Shown here: piece after piece, positions 1 through 7,012 of the stretch
Layout of the letters: the number at the start of each line of letters is the position of its first letter
Numbering within the stretch: the stretch's first letter is position 1
Source of the DNA: Aeromonas phage avDM6
Sequence record: OP380601.1
DNA length: 24,000 nt
Direction: 5' to 3' (one strand)
Program-made: the position numbers and the translations under genes
The notes under the pieces: generated by a model
Databases searched by the model: none
Told to the model about the DNA's origin: nothing
The model's input: the letters and a program-made list of their open reading frames with translations, nothing else

Positions 1-279
1 ACAATGAGATCCACCAAGGATATGGAAAAACTGTTTGATTTGATGAAGAACAAAGATCTTCCTGAAATTCGTAGTCTTATCCCTAACTTTGCAACTAACT
101 ATCCCGCATTTATTAATGCGTTTTATGAACGTGCAACCACTCAAGTTAAAGGTCAATCTTATCGTATGCTGATTAAGATCCTTGCAGAAAACCAAAAGAC
201 ATTTGGAGACGTTCCTAATATTGAAATTCATATGATGGATATGTTGTCGGATCTTGCTTGTGAGGTTAACTGGAAATGA
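1..279 (+). CDS. 44: Sliding clamp loader large subunit (T4 gp44-like), C-terminal part only; gene is cut by the window start
   Basis: Reading frame is open from base 1. The translated end (LMKNKDLPEIRSLIPNFATNYPAFINAFYERA...LSDLACEVNWK) matches the T4 gp44 C-terminus (LKNKDVKQLRALAPKYAADYSWFVGKLAEEI...FIQLACEMQWK). It sits directly upstream of gp62- and RegA-like genes. Confidence 0.88.
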   Translation, partial: TMRSTKDMEKLFDLMKNKDLPEIRSLIPNFATNYPAFINAFYERATTQVKGQSYRMLIKILAENQKTFGDVPNIEIHMMDMLSDLACEVNWK

Positions 280-863
280 GTCTAGAATTTCTTGGATTGG
301 AAGTTCCTAATGAACATCGACTTGCATGGGACAATAAAGACTGGAATAAAGTCAAGGAATTGTGTAAAGAATTCAAGAAAGATAAAGATAAAAGCACATT
401 TGAGATAATTAGTAATGTAACTCAGAAAACCGGTCACAAAAATGTAATGGAATTCGGTAGTTATGACCAATATACAATTAACAGTTGGTTATCTCAACAT
501 GCATCTATGAATGGGTATGCGTCAGAATTAAATCAATGGGCTGGATATATCACAGATCAGATGCATTATGATTATCTTTATTACACAGTCCGTAAATGCA
601 AACTGCCCTATGTAGCATACGCCCGTGCGTCGGATGATTGGGACTTTGTTTTTATAACCCATATACTGGCACATCATTATAATGTCAGTTATGAAAAAGC
701 GGTTGAATATCACGATTTACACAATGAACAACAGATGAAACGTATTTTAAGAGAGATGCGGGGTTTGATTACATCACCTGATTGTCCTTTTATGAATAAT
801 CTTCCTAAACATATAAGCAAAACAGAAAAAGCGCGGTTGTATAAAACCGCCACAAAATGGTAA
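276..863 (+). CDS. 62: Clamp loader small subunit (T4 gp62-like)
   Basis: 195 aa; NEHRLAWDNKDWNKVKELCKEFKK...FEIISNVTQKTG resembles T4 gp62 (NEHQVAWYSKDWTAVQSAADSFKE...FEIIGAINNKTK). It has a 4-nt ATGA overlap with the gp44-like gene, and the order 44-62-regA-43 is conserved. Confidence 0.88.
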   Translation: MSLEFLGLEVPNEHRLAWDNKDWNKVKELCKEFKKDKDKSTFEIISNVTQKTGHKNVMEFGSYDQYTINSWLSQHASMNGYASELNQWAGYITDQMHYDYLYYTVRKCKLPYVAYARASDDWDFVFITHILAHHYNVSYEKAVEYHDLHNEQQMKRILREMRGLITSPDCPFMNNLPKHISKTEKARLYKTATKW

Positions 864-870
864 ATATAAA

Positions 871-1242
871 ATGATTCGAATTGGTTTGTATAACCCACAA
901 GATTTTTTAAAGGTTCGGGAAACTTTGACCCGCATTGGTATTGCTAATCGCGAAACTAAACATATTTGGCAAAGCTGTCATATCATCCAGAAAAATGGAT
1001 TTTATTATGTGGCTCACTTTAAAGAACTTCTGAGGCGAGATGGTAGAGACGTTGTTATGTCTCAAGAGGATGTAGATCGCTGTTATGATATCGCGTATCT
1101 GCTTGAGGATTGGGATTTGTGTTCTGTAATTGATACTATGGAACGACCTAACCGATTTGAGTTCCACGTTATCTCTCACAAAGAGAAATCTGAATGGATC
1201 CACAAGAGCAAATACATTTTCAAGAAAAATGTTCATAGCTGA
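871..1242 (+). CDS. regA: Translational repressor RegA
   Basis: 123 aa; PQDFLKVRETLTRIGIANRETKHIWQSCHIIQKNGFYYVAHFKELLRRDGRDVVMSQED aligns closely with T4 RegA (PEDFLKVKETLTRMGIANNKDKVLYQSCHILQKKGLYYIVHFKEMLRMDGRQVEMTEED). Confidence 0.96.
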   Translation: MIRIGLYNPQDFLKVRETLTRIGIANRETKHIWQSCHIIQKNGFYYVAHFKELLRRDGRDVVMSQEDVDRCYDIAYLLEDWDLCSVIDTMERPNRFEFHVISHKEKSEWIHKSKYIFKKNVHS

Positions 1243-1314
1243 TCCATTTGTTTGTTAGAATGATATAACACATTGGGGGATTATTATATCCCCCATCTTT
1301 GTATGGAGAATATA

Positions 1315-2838
1315 ATGAATTTTTACACTAACGTATGGATGGATGGAAACACCATCTACGATAGATATTTTGACTCAAATGGTAACGATAAAATAAGAAA
1401 GGTTCGGTATTCGCCAACTCTGTACCGTCATGTTGGAAACCATATAGAAACTAAGTTCAAAGATATATATGATCGAAAATGCTTACCTAAGACTCTTGAA
1501 TCCATTGGTGAAGCCAGAAAATGGTTTAAAGAAATGCAGTCTATGGATAAAGAAGTATTGGGTATGGATAACTACACTTTCCAATATATTTCTGATACGT
1601 ATGGTGCTAATGCCCAATATGATTATTCTATGCTCGATATTATGTTTTTGGATATTGAGGTCCCAACTGATGGACCTTTCCCAGACACCACTAATTGTGC
1701 ATATGAAATAGATACTATCCAGATTTATAGCACCAAGATGAACAAATACTTTATCTGGACAACCAGAGAATGGGATTGTAATAAATCGATTCTAGATAAA
1801 GAAGTTTTGGATCATGTTGAATATCATCATAATGGTTCAGAAAAAGAAATCCTTATTCGTTTTTTACAATTCTTTACAGAAAATACTCCACATTATGTTA
1901 GTGGTTGGAACTCAGAAGGGTTTGATATTCCGTACATTGCCAGACGAATTAAAAAAATATTGGGTGATAAATTCCTCAATAAACTGAGTCCATTCGGTAC
2001 TGTAAATGAAATCATTACCAAAGATGATAACGATGATGAAGTTATTACTTACGATATTACTGGTGTTAACTGTATTGACTTCATGGCAGCATATAAGAAA
2101 TTTACATTCACAACCAGACCAAACTATAAACTAGATACTATCGCAGAAGCTGAGTTGGGTATTAATAAAGTAGAAATGACTCATCGGACGTATTTGGATT
2201 TCGCTACAAAAGATCCACAAACATATATTGATTACTCTATTCGAGACGTTGAGATTATCAAAAACCTTGAGATTCGACTGAGTTTGATTTATCTAATTGC
2301 TTCTGTATCTTATTATGCTGGTGTAAATGCTGCTGACGTTTTCAGTCCTTTGAAGACTTGGGACGCAATCATTTATAACAGTCTATTAGAACAAGGTATT
2401 ATCATTCCTGAGAATAAACATGCACAACGGGCTAAGTTCGCAGGTGCGTATGTTAAAGACCCGATTCCGGGGATGTATCAGTGGCTCCTTTCGTTCGACT
2501 TGACCTCACTGTATCCGCATATCATCATGGGAACGAATATCTCCCCAGAAACGTTAGTGGACCAAATCGATATTCCAAGGATCTTGGTTAAAGACCGTAT
2601 GGTTCCGGATATCGATGGTGTTGGTTTGGTAAATGGTACTTATAACGTACCGCACGAAGGTAAATATTCGTTTGCAGCAAATGGTGTTCGGTATCGTACC
2701 GATATGCGGGGATTCCTTCCTATTGAGGTTGAAAAGGTATTTAAACAGCGTAAGGCTGCAAAGACAGACGAATTTAGAGCGGATGCCCTAGCAACCCGAG
2801 CCGCTAAGATCCTAGCTATGCGTCATCATAAGGAATAA
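1315..2838 (+). CDS. 43A: Family B DNA polymerase, N-terminal part (exonuclease domain plus palm motif A), gp43A-like
   Basis: ExoI (LDIEVPTDG), ExoII (YVSGWNSEGFDIPYI), ExoIII (YSIRDVEII) and polymerase motif A (FDLTSLYPHI). The ORF track starts at TTG 1273, but ATG 1315 has GGAG at 1304-1307 and gives a T4-like N-terminus. It ends in ...FKQRKAAKTDEFRADALATRAAKILAMRHHKE*, inside the fingers. Confidence 0.93.
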   Translation: MNFYTNVWMDGNTIYDRYFDSNGNDKIRKVRYSPTLYRHVGNHIETKFKDIYDRKCLPKTLESIGEARKWFKEMQSMDKEVLGMDNYTFQYISDTYGANAQYDYSMLDIMFLDIEVPTDGPFPDTTNCAYEIDTIQIYSTKMNKYFIWTTREWDCNKSILDKEVLDHVEYHHNGSEKEILIRFLQFFTENTPHYVSGWNSEGFDIPYIARRIKKILGDKFLNKLSPFGTVNEIITKDDNDDEVITYDITGVNCIDFMAAYKKFTFTTRPNYKLDTIAEAELGINKVEMTHRTYLDFATKDPQTYIDYSIRDVEIIKNLEIRLSLIYLIASVSYYAGVNAADVFSPLKTWDAIIYNSLLEQGIIIPENKHAQRAKFAGAYVKDPIPGMYQWLLSFDLTSLYPHIIMGTNISPETLVDQIDIPRILVKDRMVPDIDGVGLVNGTYNVPHEGKYSFAANGVRYRTDMRGFLPIEVEKVFKQRKAAKTDEFRADALATRAAKILAMRHHKE

Positions 2839-2840
2839 AA

Positions 2841-4013
2841 ATGAATTTGGATTATACAGATGAACAATTGGAGTCCATGACGGACTCCGAATTAGAACAA
2901 TTAATTGTTGATTGTCGCAAATACGAAAAGGTATCTAACGTAAACCAACAAGCAAAAAAAGTATTGATCAACTCTCTTTATGGTTCATTGGGTCATCCGG
3001 TTGGGCGCTATTATGATCTTCGAATGGCAGAATCAATTACCATGGGTGGTCAACTTGCAATTAAATGGATTGCGCGTGAAACTAATAATTATTTTGATAA
3101 ATTGTGTGGTACGAACGGGCACCCGTATGTGATCTATTGTGATACCGACTCTCAATATCTATGTGTCGATAAATTCGTTCAAATGATGGCTGAAAAGAAG
3201 GGTATTGCGGTTGATGATATCCCCCCAATCAAATGGGTAGATATGTTGGATAAGTTCGCTAAGGAGCGTGTAGAGCCGTATATCGACAAGTCATATCAAG
3301 ATCTAAAGAACTACATGAACTATTACGACCATAAGTTGTTTATGGACCGCGAAGTAATTGCAACCCGTGGCTTCTGGACTAAGAAAAAACGTTATGCTCT
3401 ATCGGTTTGGGATAACGAGGGTAAACGTAAACTGGATAAAGATGGTAACGTAGTTCCTAAGCTTAAAATAATGGGTATCGAAACCCGTAGGAGTAGTACG
3501 CCCCCACATGCTTCAGTTAGTCTTGAGAAATGTATCGAGATTATTTTGACTGGTAATGAATCAGAACTTCAAGACTACGTTGAGACTGTTCGTGATGGAT
3601 ATTCAAAGCAGGATTATAGGAAGATTGCTCAGGTTAGTAGTGTTAAGAGTATCGACCGTAGTCATGAAAACTTTGTTCCTGTAAGTGGGTGTCCGGGGCA
3701 TGTAAAAGCCGCAATAAACCATAACCGTATTGCTGCCAGTCTAAGCGCACAAGGTAAGCACGTTGATCCTATTCGCCAAGGTGAGAAGATCCAATTCCTG
3801 ATGTTGAAAGTTCCTAACGTATATCATGCAGAAACCCTTGCTTGGCCCTCTGGGGATAAGATTCCTGAAGAGTTTGGGTTGGATCTAAAGAAGGATATTG
3901 ATTATGTGGGGATGTATTGTAAGAGCTTCCAGAAGCCCCTAGATACTATATGTACTGCTATCGGTTGGAAACAAGAGAAAACTGTTTCTCTAGAAGATCT
4001 ATTCGATTTCTAA
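2841..4013 (+). CDS. 43B: Family B DNA polymerase, C-terminal part (fingers helix, motif B, palm motif C, thumb), gp43B-like
   Basis: Motif B (NQQAKKVLINSLYGSLG), motif C (YCDTDSQYLCVD), KKRYAL, KIMGIETRRSSTP, and a C-terminal clamp-binding-like tail (SLEDLFDF; T4 ends SLDFLFG). SD AAGGA at 2830-2834. Confidence 0.95.
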   Translation: MNLDYTDEQLESMTDSELEQLIVDCRKYEKVSNVNQQAKKVLINSLYGSLGHPVGRYYDLRMAESITMGGQLAIKWIARETNNYFDKLCGTNGHPYVIYCDTDSQYLCVDKFVQMMAEKKGIAVDDIPPIKWVDMLDKFAKERVEPYIDKSYQDLKNYMNYYDHKLFMDREVIATRGFWTKKKRYALSVWDNEGKRKLDKDGNVVPKLKIMGIETRRSSTPPHASVSLEKCIEIILTGNESELQDYVETVRDGYSKQDYRKIAQVSSVKSIDRSHENFVPVSGCPGHVKAAINHNRIAASLSAQGKHVDPIRQGEKIQFLMLKVPNVYHAETLAWPSGDKIPEEFGLDLKKDIDYVGMYCKSFQKPLDTICTAIGWKQEKTVSLEDLFDF

Positions 4014-4020
4014 GATGTTC

Positions 4021-4054
4021 ATGGGTCATTATATTTCGTGGTATAATGACCCAT
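4021..4054. promoter_or_regulatory. Perfect 13-bp inverted repeat with 8-nt loop overlapping a TATAAT
   Basis: ATGGGTCATTATA (4021-4033), TTTCGTGG loop (4034-4041), TATAATGACCCAT (4042-4054). No downstream T tract. Intergenic, between gp43B and the ORF at 4073. Confidence 0.7.
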
Positions 4055-4072
4055 ACTAAATGAGGAAATGTG

Positions 4073-4489
4073 ATGTTAGACCAAGAAAGTAATAAAGATA
4101 AACTAGAAGTTTTCATTTCTGAAGATAAACAATATAAAAAAATAAAGGCTCATATAAATGATGAGATCTGTTCATTAATAAAAAATGATTTGTTTAATAG
4201 AGAAAATAAAGATACCAATTCTTACTCCGAAGAATATATCACTTCACTTCGGGAAGTGATAGAAAAATATTATGATAAAAATTTAATAGATTCATTTAGT
4301 ATTACTACTAATGATCTTAGAGATGTAGTTAAGATTTTATTTGAAACTAAAGTTCGTAGTTTCCCTATATTTGTAACTAGTGATTCTACCCATATTCGTC
4401 TCAATTTAGAACAACCTACAACCGAAGCACTTAAAAATAATAAGTATCTAATAAAATTACATAAAACTCTCGAATCCGAATTCAAATAA
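4073..4489 (+). CDS. Hypothetical protein (about 138 aa)
   Basis: Intact ORF with GAGGA SD at 4062-4066, in the same direction as its neighbours; no family recognised. Confidence 0.75.
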   Translation: MLDQESNKDKLEVFISEDKQYKKIKAHINDEICSLIKNDLFNRENKDTNSYSEEYITSLREVIEKYYDKNLIDSFSITTNDLRDVVKILFETKVRSFPIFVTSDSTHIRLNLEQPTTEALKNNKYLIKLHKTLESEFK

Positions 4490-4508
4490 TTAAACAGGAA
4501 AATATAAA

Positions 4509-5615
4509 ATGGCTAAGAAAGCTAAAGTTGTTAATAGTGGGGCTCTACTTGAACGTTTGAATGGTACTTCATCTAATAAAATGAGTGCTATGTTGGCTGA
4601 AAGTATCTTTTTTAATGATAAGGATACGATCCGAACCCGAGTACCTATTATCAACTTGATGATGAGTGGTCGCTTAGACGGTGGTATCACTCCGGGTCTT
4701 ACCTGTATTGCAGGACCTTCAAAACACTTTAAATCTAACCTAAGTCTGGTAATGGTTTCTGCATATTTGAGAAAATATCCAGATGCTGTATGTCTATTCT
4801 TTGATAATGAATTTGGTTCTACCCCCGATTATTTCACATCACAGGGTGTTGATATTTCTCGCGTAATTCATTGCCCATTTATCGATGTTGAAGAGTTGAA
4901 ATTTGATATCGTTAAAAAACTTGAAGCAATTACCAGAGGCGATAAAGTTATTATCTATATCGATTCTATTGGTAACGTTGCATCTAAGAAAGAATTGCAA
5001 GATGCGAAGGATGAAAAGTCTGCTCAGGATATGACCCGAGCGAAGCAGATTAAGAGTCTGTTCCGGATGGTTACTCCATATCTAACTGTACTTGATATTC
5101 CATGTATCGCAGTTAACCACACATACGAAACACAAGAGATGTTTAGTAAAACCGTAATGTCCGGTGGTACTGGTCCAATGTATTCTGCTGATACCGTAAT
5201 TATTCTTGGTAAACAACAAGACAAGGACGGGAAAGAACTTCTAGGTTATAATTTCGTGATGAATGCTGAGAAAAGTCGGGCAATCAAAGAAAAATCCAAA
5301 CTGGATTTGATGGTATCGTTTGAAGGTGGTATAAACACATATTCTGGTCTTTTGAAAATCGCTCAAGAGCTTGGGTTTGTAACTAAGCCTCAAAATGCAC
5401 GTTACCAACGTAATTTCTTAGATCTGGAAACTGGTGAGATGGTTATTCCGGAAGATGAAAAGAAATGGACCGAACAAGAGTCAGATAGTCTTGAATTCTG
5501 GAAACCCATGTTCTCTCATAAACCATTTATGGATGCAGTTTCTAACGCATATAAACTGAAAGCCGTAGAAGTTTCTCAGGAAGTGTTTGATGAAGTAGAA
5601 CAACTTTTCGGTTAA
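4509..5615 (+). CDS. uvsX: UvsX recombinase (RecA-like)
   Basis: 368 aa; Walker A-like GPSKHFKSN, VIIYIDSIGNVASKKE, DMTRAKQIKSLFRMVTPY, CIAVNHTYETQEMFSKTVMSGGTGPMYSAD are near-identical to T4 UvsX segments. AGGA SD. Confidence 0.97.
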   Translation: MAKKAKVVNSGALLERLNGTSSNKMSAMLAESIFFNDKDTIRTRVPIINLMMSGRLDGGITPGLTCIAGPSKHFKSNLSLVMVSAYLRKYPDAVCLFFDNEFGSTPDYFTSQGVDISRVIHCPFIDVEELKFDIVKKLEAITRGDKVIIYIDSIGNVASKKELQDAKDEKSAQDMTRAKQIKSLFRMVTPYLTVLDIPCIAVNHTYETQEMFSKTVMSGGTGPMYSADTVIILGKQQDKDGKELLGYNFVMNAEKSRAIKEKSKLDLMVSFEGGINTYSGLLKIAQELGFVTKPQNARYQRNFLDLETGEMVIPEDEKKWTEQESDSLEFWKPMFSHKPFMDAVSNAYKLKAVEVSQEVFDEVEQLFG

Positions 5616-5623
5616 TTAATATC

Positions 5624-5643
5624 AAGGGGCTTATTAGCCCCTT
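5624..5643 (+). terminator. Intergenic hairpin (AAGGGGC-TTATTA-GCCCCTT), weak terminator or processing element
   Basis: 7-bp perfect stem with 6-nt loop just after the uvsX stop; no strong T tract. Confidence 0.5.
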
Positions 5644-5659
5644 CCAAAATGGTAAATAT

Positions 5660-6091
5660 ATGACTAATGAACAAATAGAATTATTTATTGACTTTAGTAA
5701 AGATTATGGTTATTATCTAACTCATATGGGTTTTGAAGATACACCAACTTCTCTGGCTGTATATGAAGGGTATTTCAATTCTATGGGAGGTAAGACAACC
5801 CTTATAATGGAGCCGAATCGCGGTAAAATATTTTCGGAGATAAAATATCAAATTAACGAACTTTGTAGAATTCTAAATTATACATGTATTATAGAAAATA
5901 ATATAAAATCCTTGAAACTAGAAAATCGCTCTTACTTTAAAGTAATAAAAACTCCTCTTGATCTGAAAGGGTGGGGTTTTAGTCATCTTTTAGTTCAGGA
6001 TGGATTTCAAGACCAAAAATATTTTTCCGAATATTTTTACCCTATAATTGCCGCTAGTAGATCTAAGGTAAGTATCATTATCACACCCTAA
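5660..6091 (+). CDS. Hypothetical protein (143 aa)
   Basis: Intact ORF between hairpins; its start region shares a 16-mer with the regA start region. Confidence 0.75.
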   Translation: MTNEQIELFIDFSKDYGYYLTHMGFEDTPTSLAVYEGYFNSMGGKTTLIMEPNRGKIFSEIKYQINELCRILNYTCIIENNIKSLKLENRSYFKVIKTPLDLKGWGFSHLLVQDGFQDQKYFSEYFYPIIAASRSKVSIIITP

Positions 6092-6096
6092 ATATA

Positions 6097-6116
6097 AGTG
6101 GGAGTTAAATCCCACT
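6097..6116 (+). other. Intergenic hairpin AGTGGGA-GTTAAA-TCCCACT
   Basis: 7-bp perfect stem, 14 nt upstream of the next start codon; no T tract. Confidence 0.45.
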
Positions 6117-6130
6117 CTTCGAGATAAATT

Positions 6131-6412
6131 ATGGAAGAAGAGTACAACGAAAATAAATATAAAGATGTTATCAATTCCGCACTAAAGGACGTTCTTCAAG
6201 AAGCAATTATAGAACATGATGGTGAAAAATACCTTGTGTTCATCCACAACATACAGTATGATAACGGAAATCTTATACTCGATTGGTCCACTCCACACGA
6301 AGAAGATAAAGAAATCCTTTACCCTATGGTATGTTCTATGGTAAAATTGCAACTTGGTGAATTCAAACCTTCTTTGTGGGATAGATTTTTATCTATATTC
6401 AAAAGAGGTTAA
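6131..6412 (+). CDS. Hypothetical protein (93 aa)
   Basis: Intact ORF closely followed by the next gene; no family recognised. Confidence 0.72.
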   Translation: MEEEYNENKYKDVINSALKDVLQEAIIEHDGEKYLVFIHNIQYDNGNLILDWSTPHEEDKEILYPMVCSMVKLQLGEFKPSLWDRFLSIFKRG

Positions 6413-6415
6413 CAA

Positions 6416-6940
6416 ATGGTAGATCAAGTAACGAGTCGTGTAGATCATAAACAAGGTAGAGACGTTAACGGTTGGCCCTTCGATCAGGTATTCACTTGGT
6501 ATCAACCACACGAAACAACCGGTGTGATGTATCCAGTACAACAGACTATTTATGAACGATTGCAATTAATCTATACAGAACCTACTTATTTGCCGGGTAT
6601 TAATGACGGTGAATTTGTTAAAGTCATTGGATTAAATGATACCGAGTGGGATGATCCTAAATTCGACCCCGGCGAAGTTTATGAAATATATCTAGAAGAC
6701 GGTCAGAAGTTTATTTGTTGCTGGAATCATAAAACGATTCTACTCAATCCCCAGCGCGAAACTCAAGCCTATTATGCCGGTTCTTATATTGGTTATAATG
6801 GGGTTCCTGTTAGGCGTATTAAGAGAGTTAAACTTACTCCTAAATTTAAGCCAGATTTTTGGATGAATGTTATTACAGAAAATGATCAGCCTTATCGGGG
6901 TCCCGGTAATATCATGCACGTTTCCGCAAAATTAGTATAA
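6416..6940 (+). CDS. Hypothetical protein (174 aa)
   Basis: Long intact ORF located between uvsX and the helicase gene; no family recognised. Confidence 0.78.
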   Translation: MVDQVTSRVDHKQGRDVNGWPFDQVFTWYQPHETTGVMYPVQQTIYERLQLIYTEPTYLPGINDGEFVKVIGLNDTEWDDPKFDPGEVYEIYLEDGQKFICCWNHKTILLNPQRETQAYYAGSYIGYNGVPVRRIKRVKLTPKFKPDFWMNVITENDQPYRGPGNIMHVSAKLV

Positions 6941-6951
6941 TATAGATGTTT

Positions 6952-6998
6952 ACCCACGACCCAAGATGTGATATCATACGGTCGTGGGTTTTTCTTTT
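6952..6998 (+). terminator. Rho-independent terminator
   Basis: ACCCACGAC (6952-6960) pairs with GTCGTGGGT (6981-6989), followed by a T-rich tract (TTTTTCTTTTTT). The 20-nt loop includes the palindrome TGATATCA. Confidence 0.75.
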
Positions 6999-7012
6999 TT
7001 AAGAGGTTTTTA

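Noticed and set aside
2829-2841. Programmed -1 ribosomal frameshift joining the two polymerase ORFs
   Set aside because: The junction CATAAGGAATAAAAATG has no XXXYYYZ slippery heptamer, and the downstream frame has a stop at 2829-2831. A well-placed SD (AAGGA) and ATG favour reinitiation of a separate chain.
4021-4054. Calling the 13-bp inverted repeat a normal rho-independent terminator
   Set aside because: The stem is A/T rich at the loop-proximal end and is followed by ACTAAATGAGG rather than a T tract, so I list it as a regulatory or structural element of unknown function.
6968-7012. GTG start of the helicase ORF at 6968
   Set aside because: It lies inside the terminator hairpin and would encode MISYGRGFFFFKRFL; ATG 7013 with an AAGAGG SD is much more plausible.
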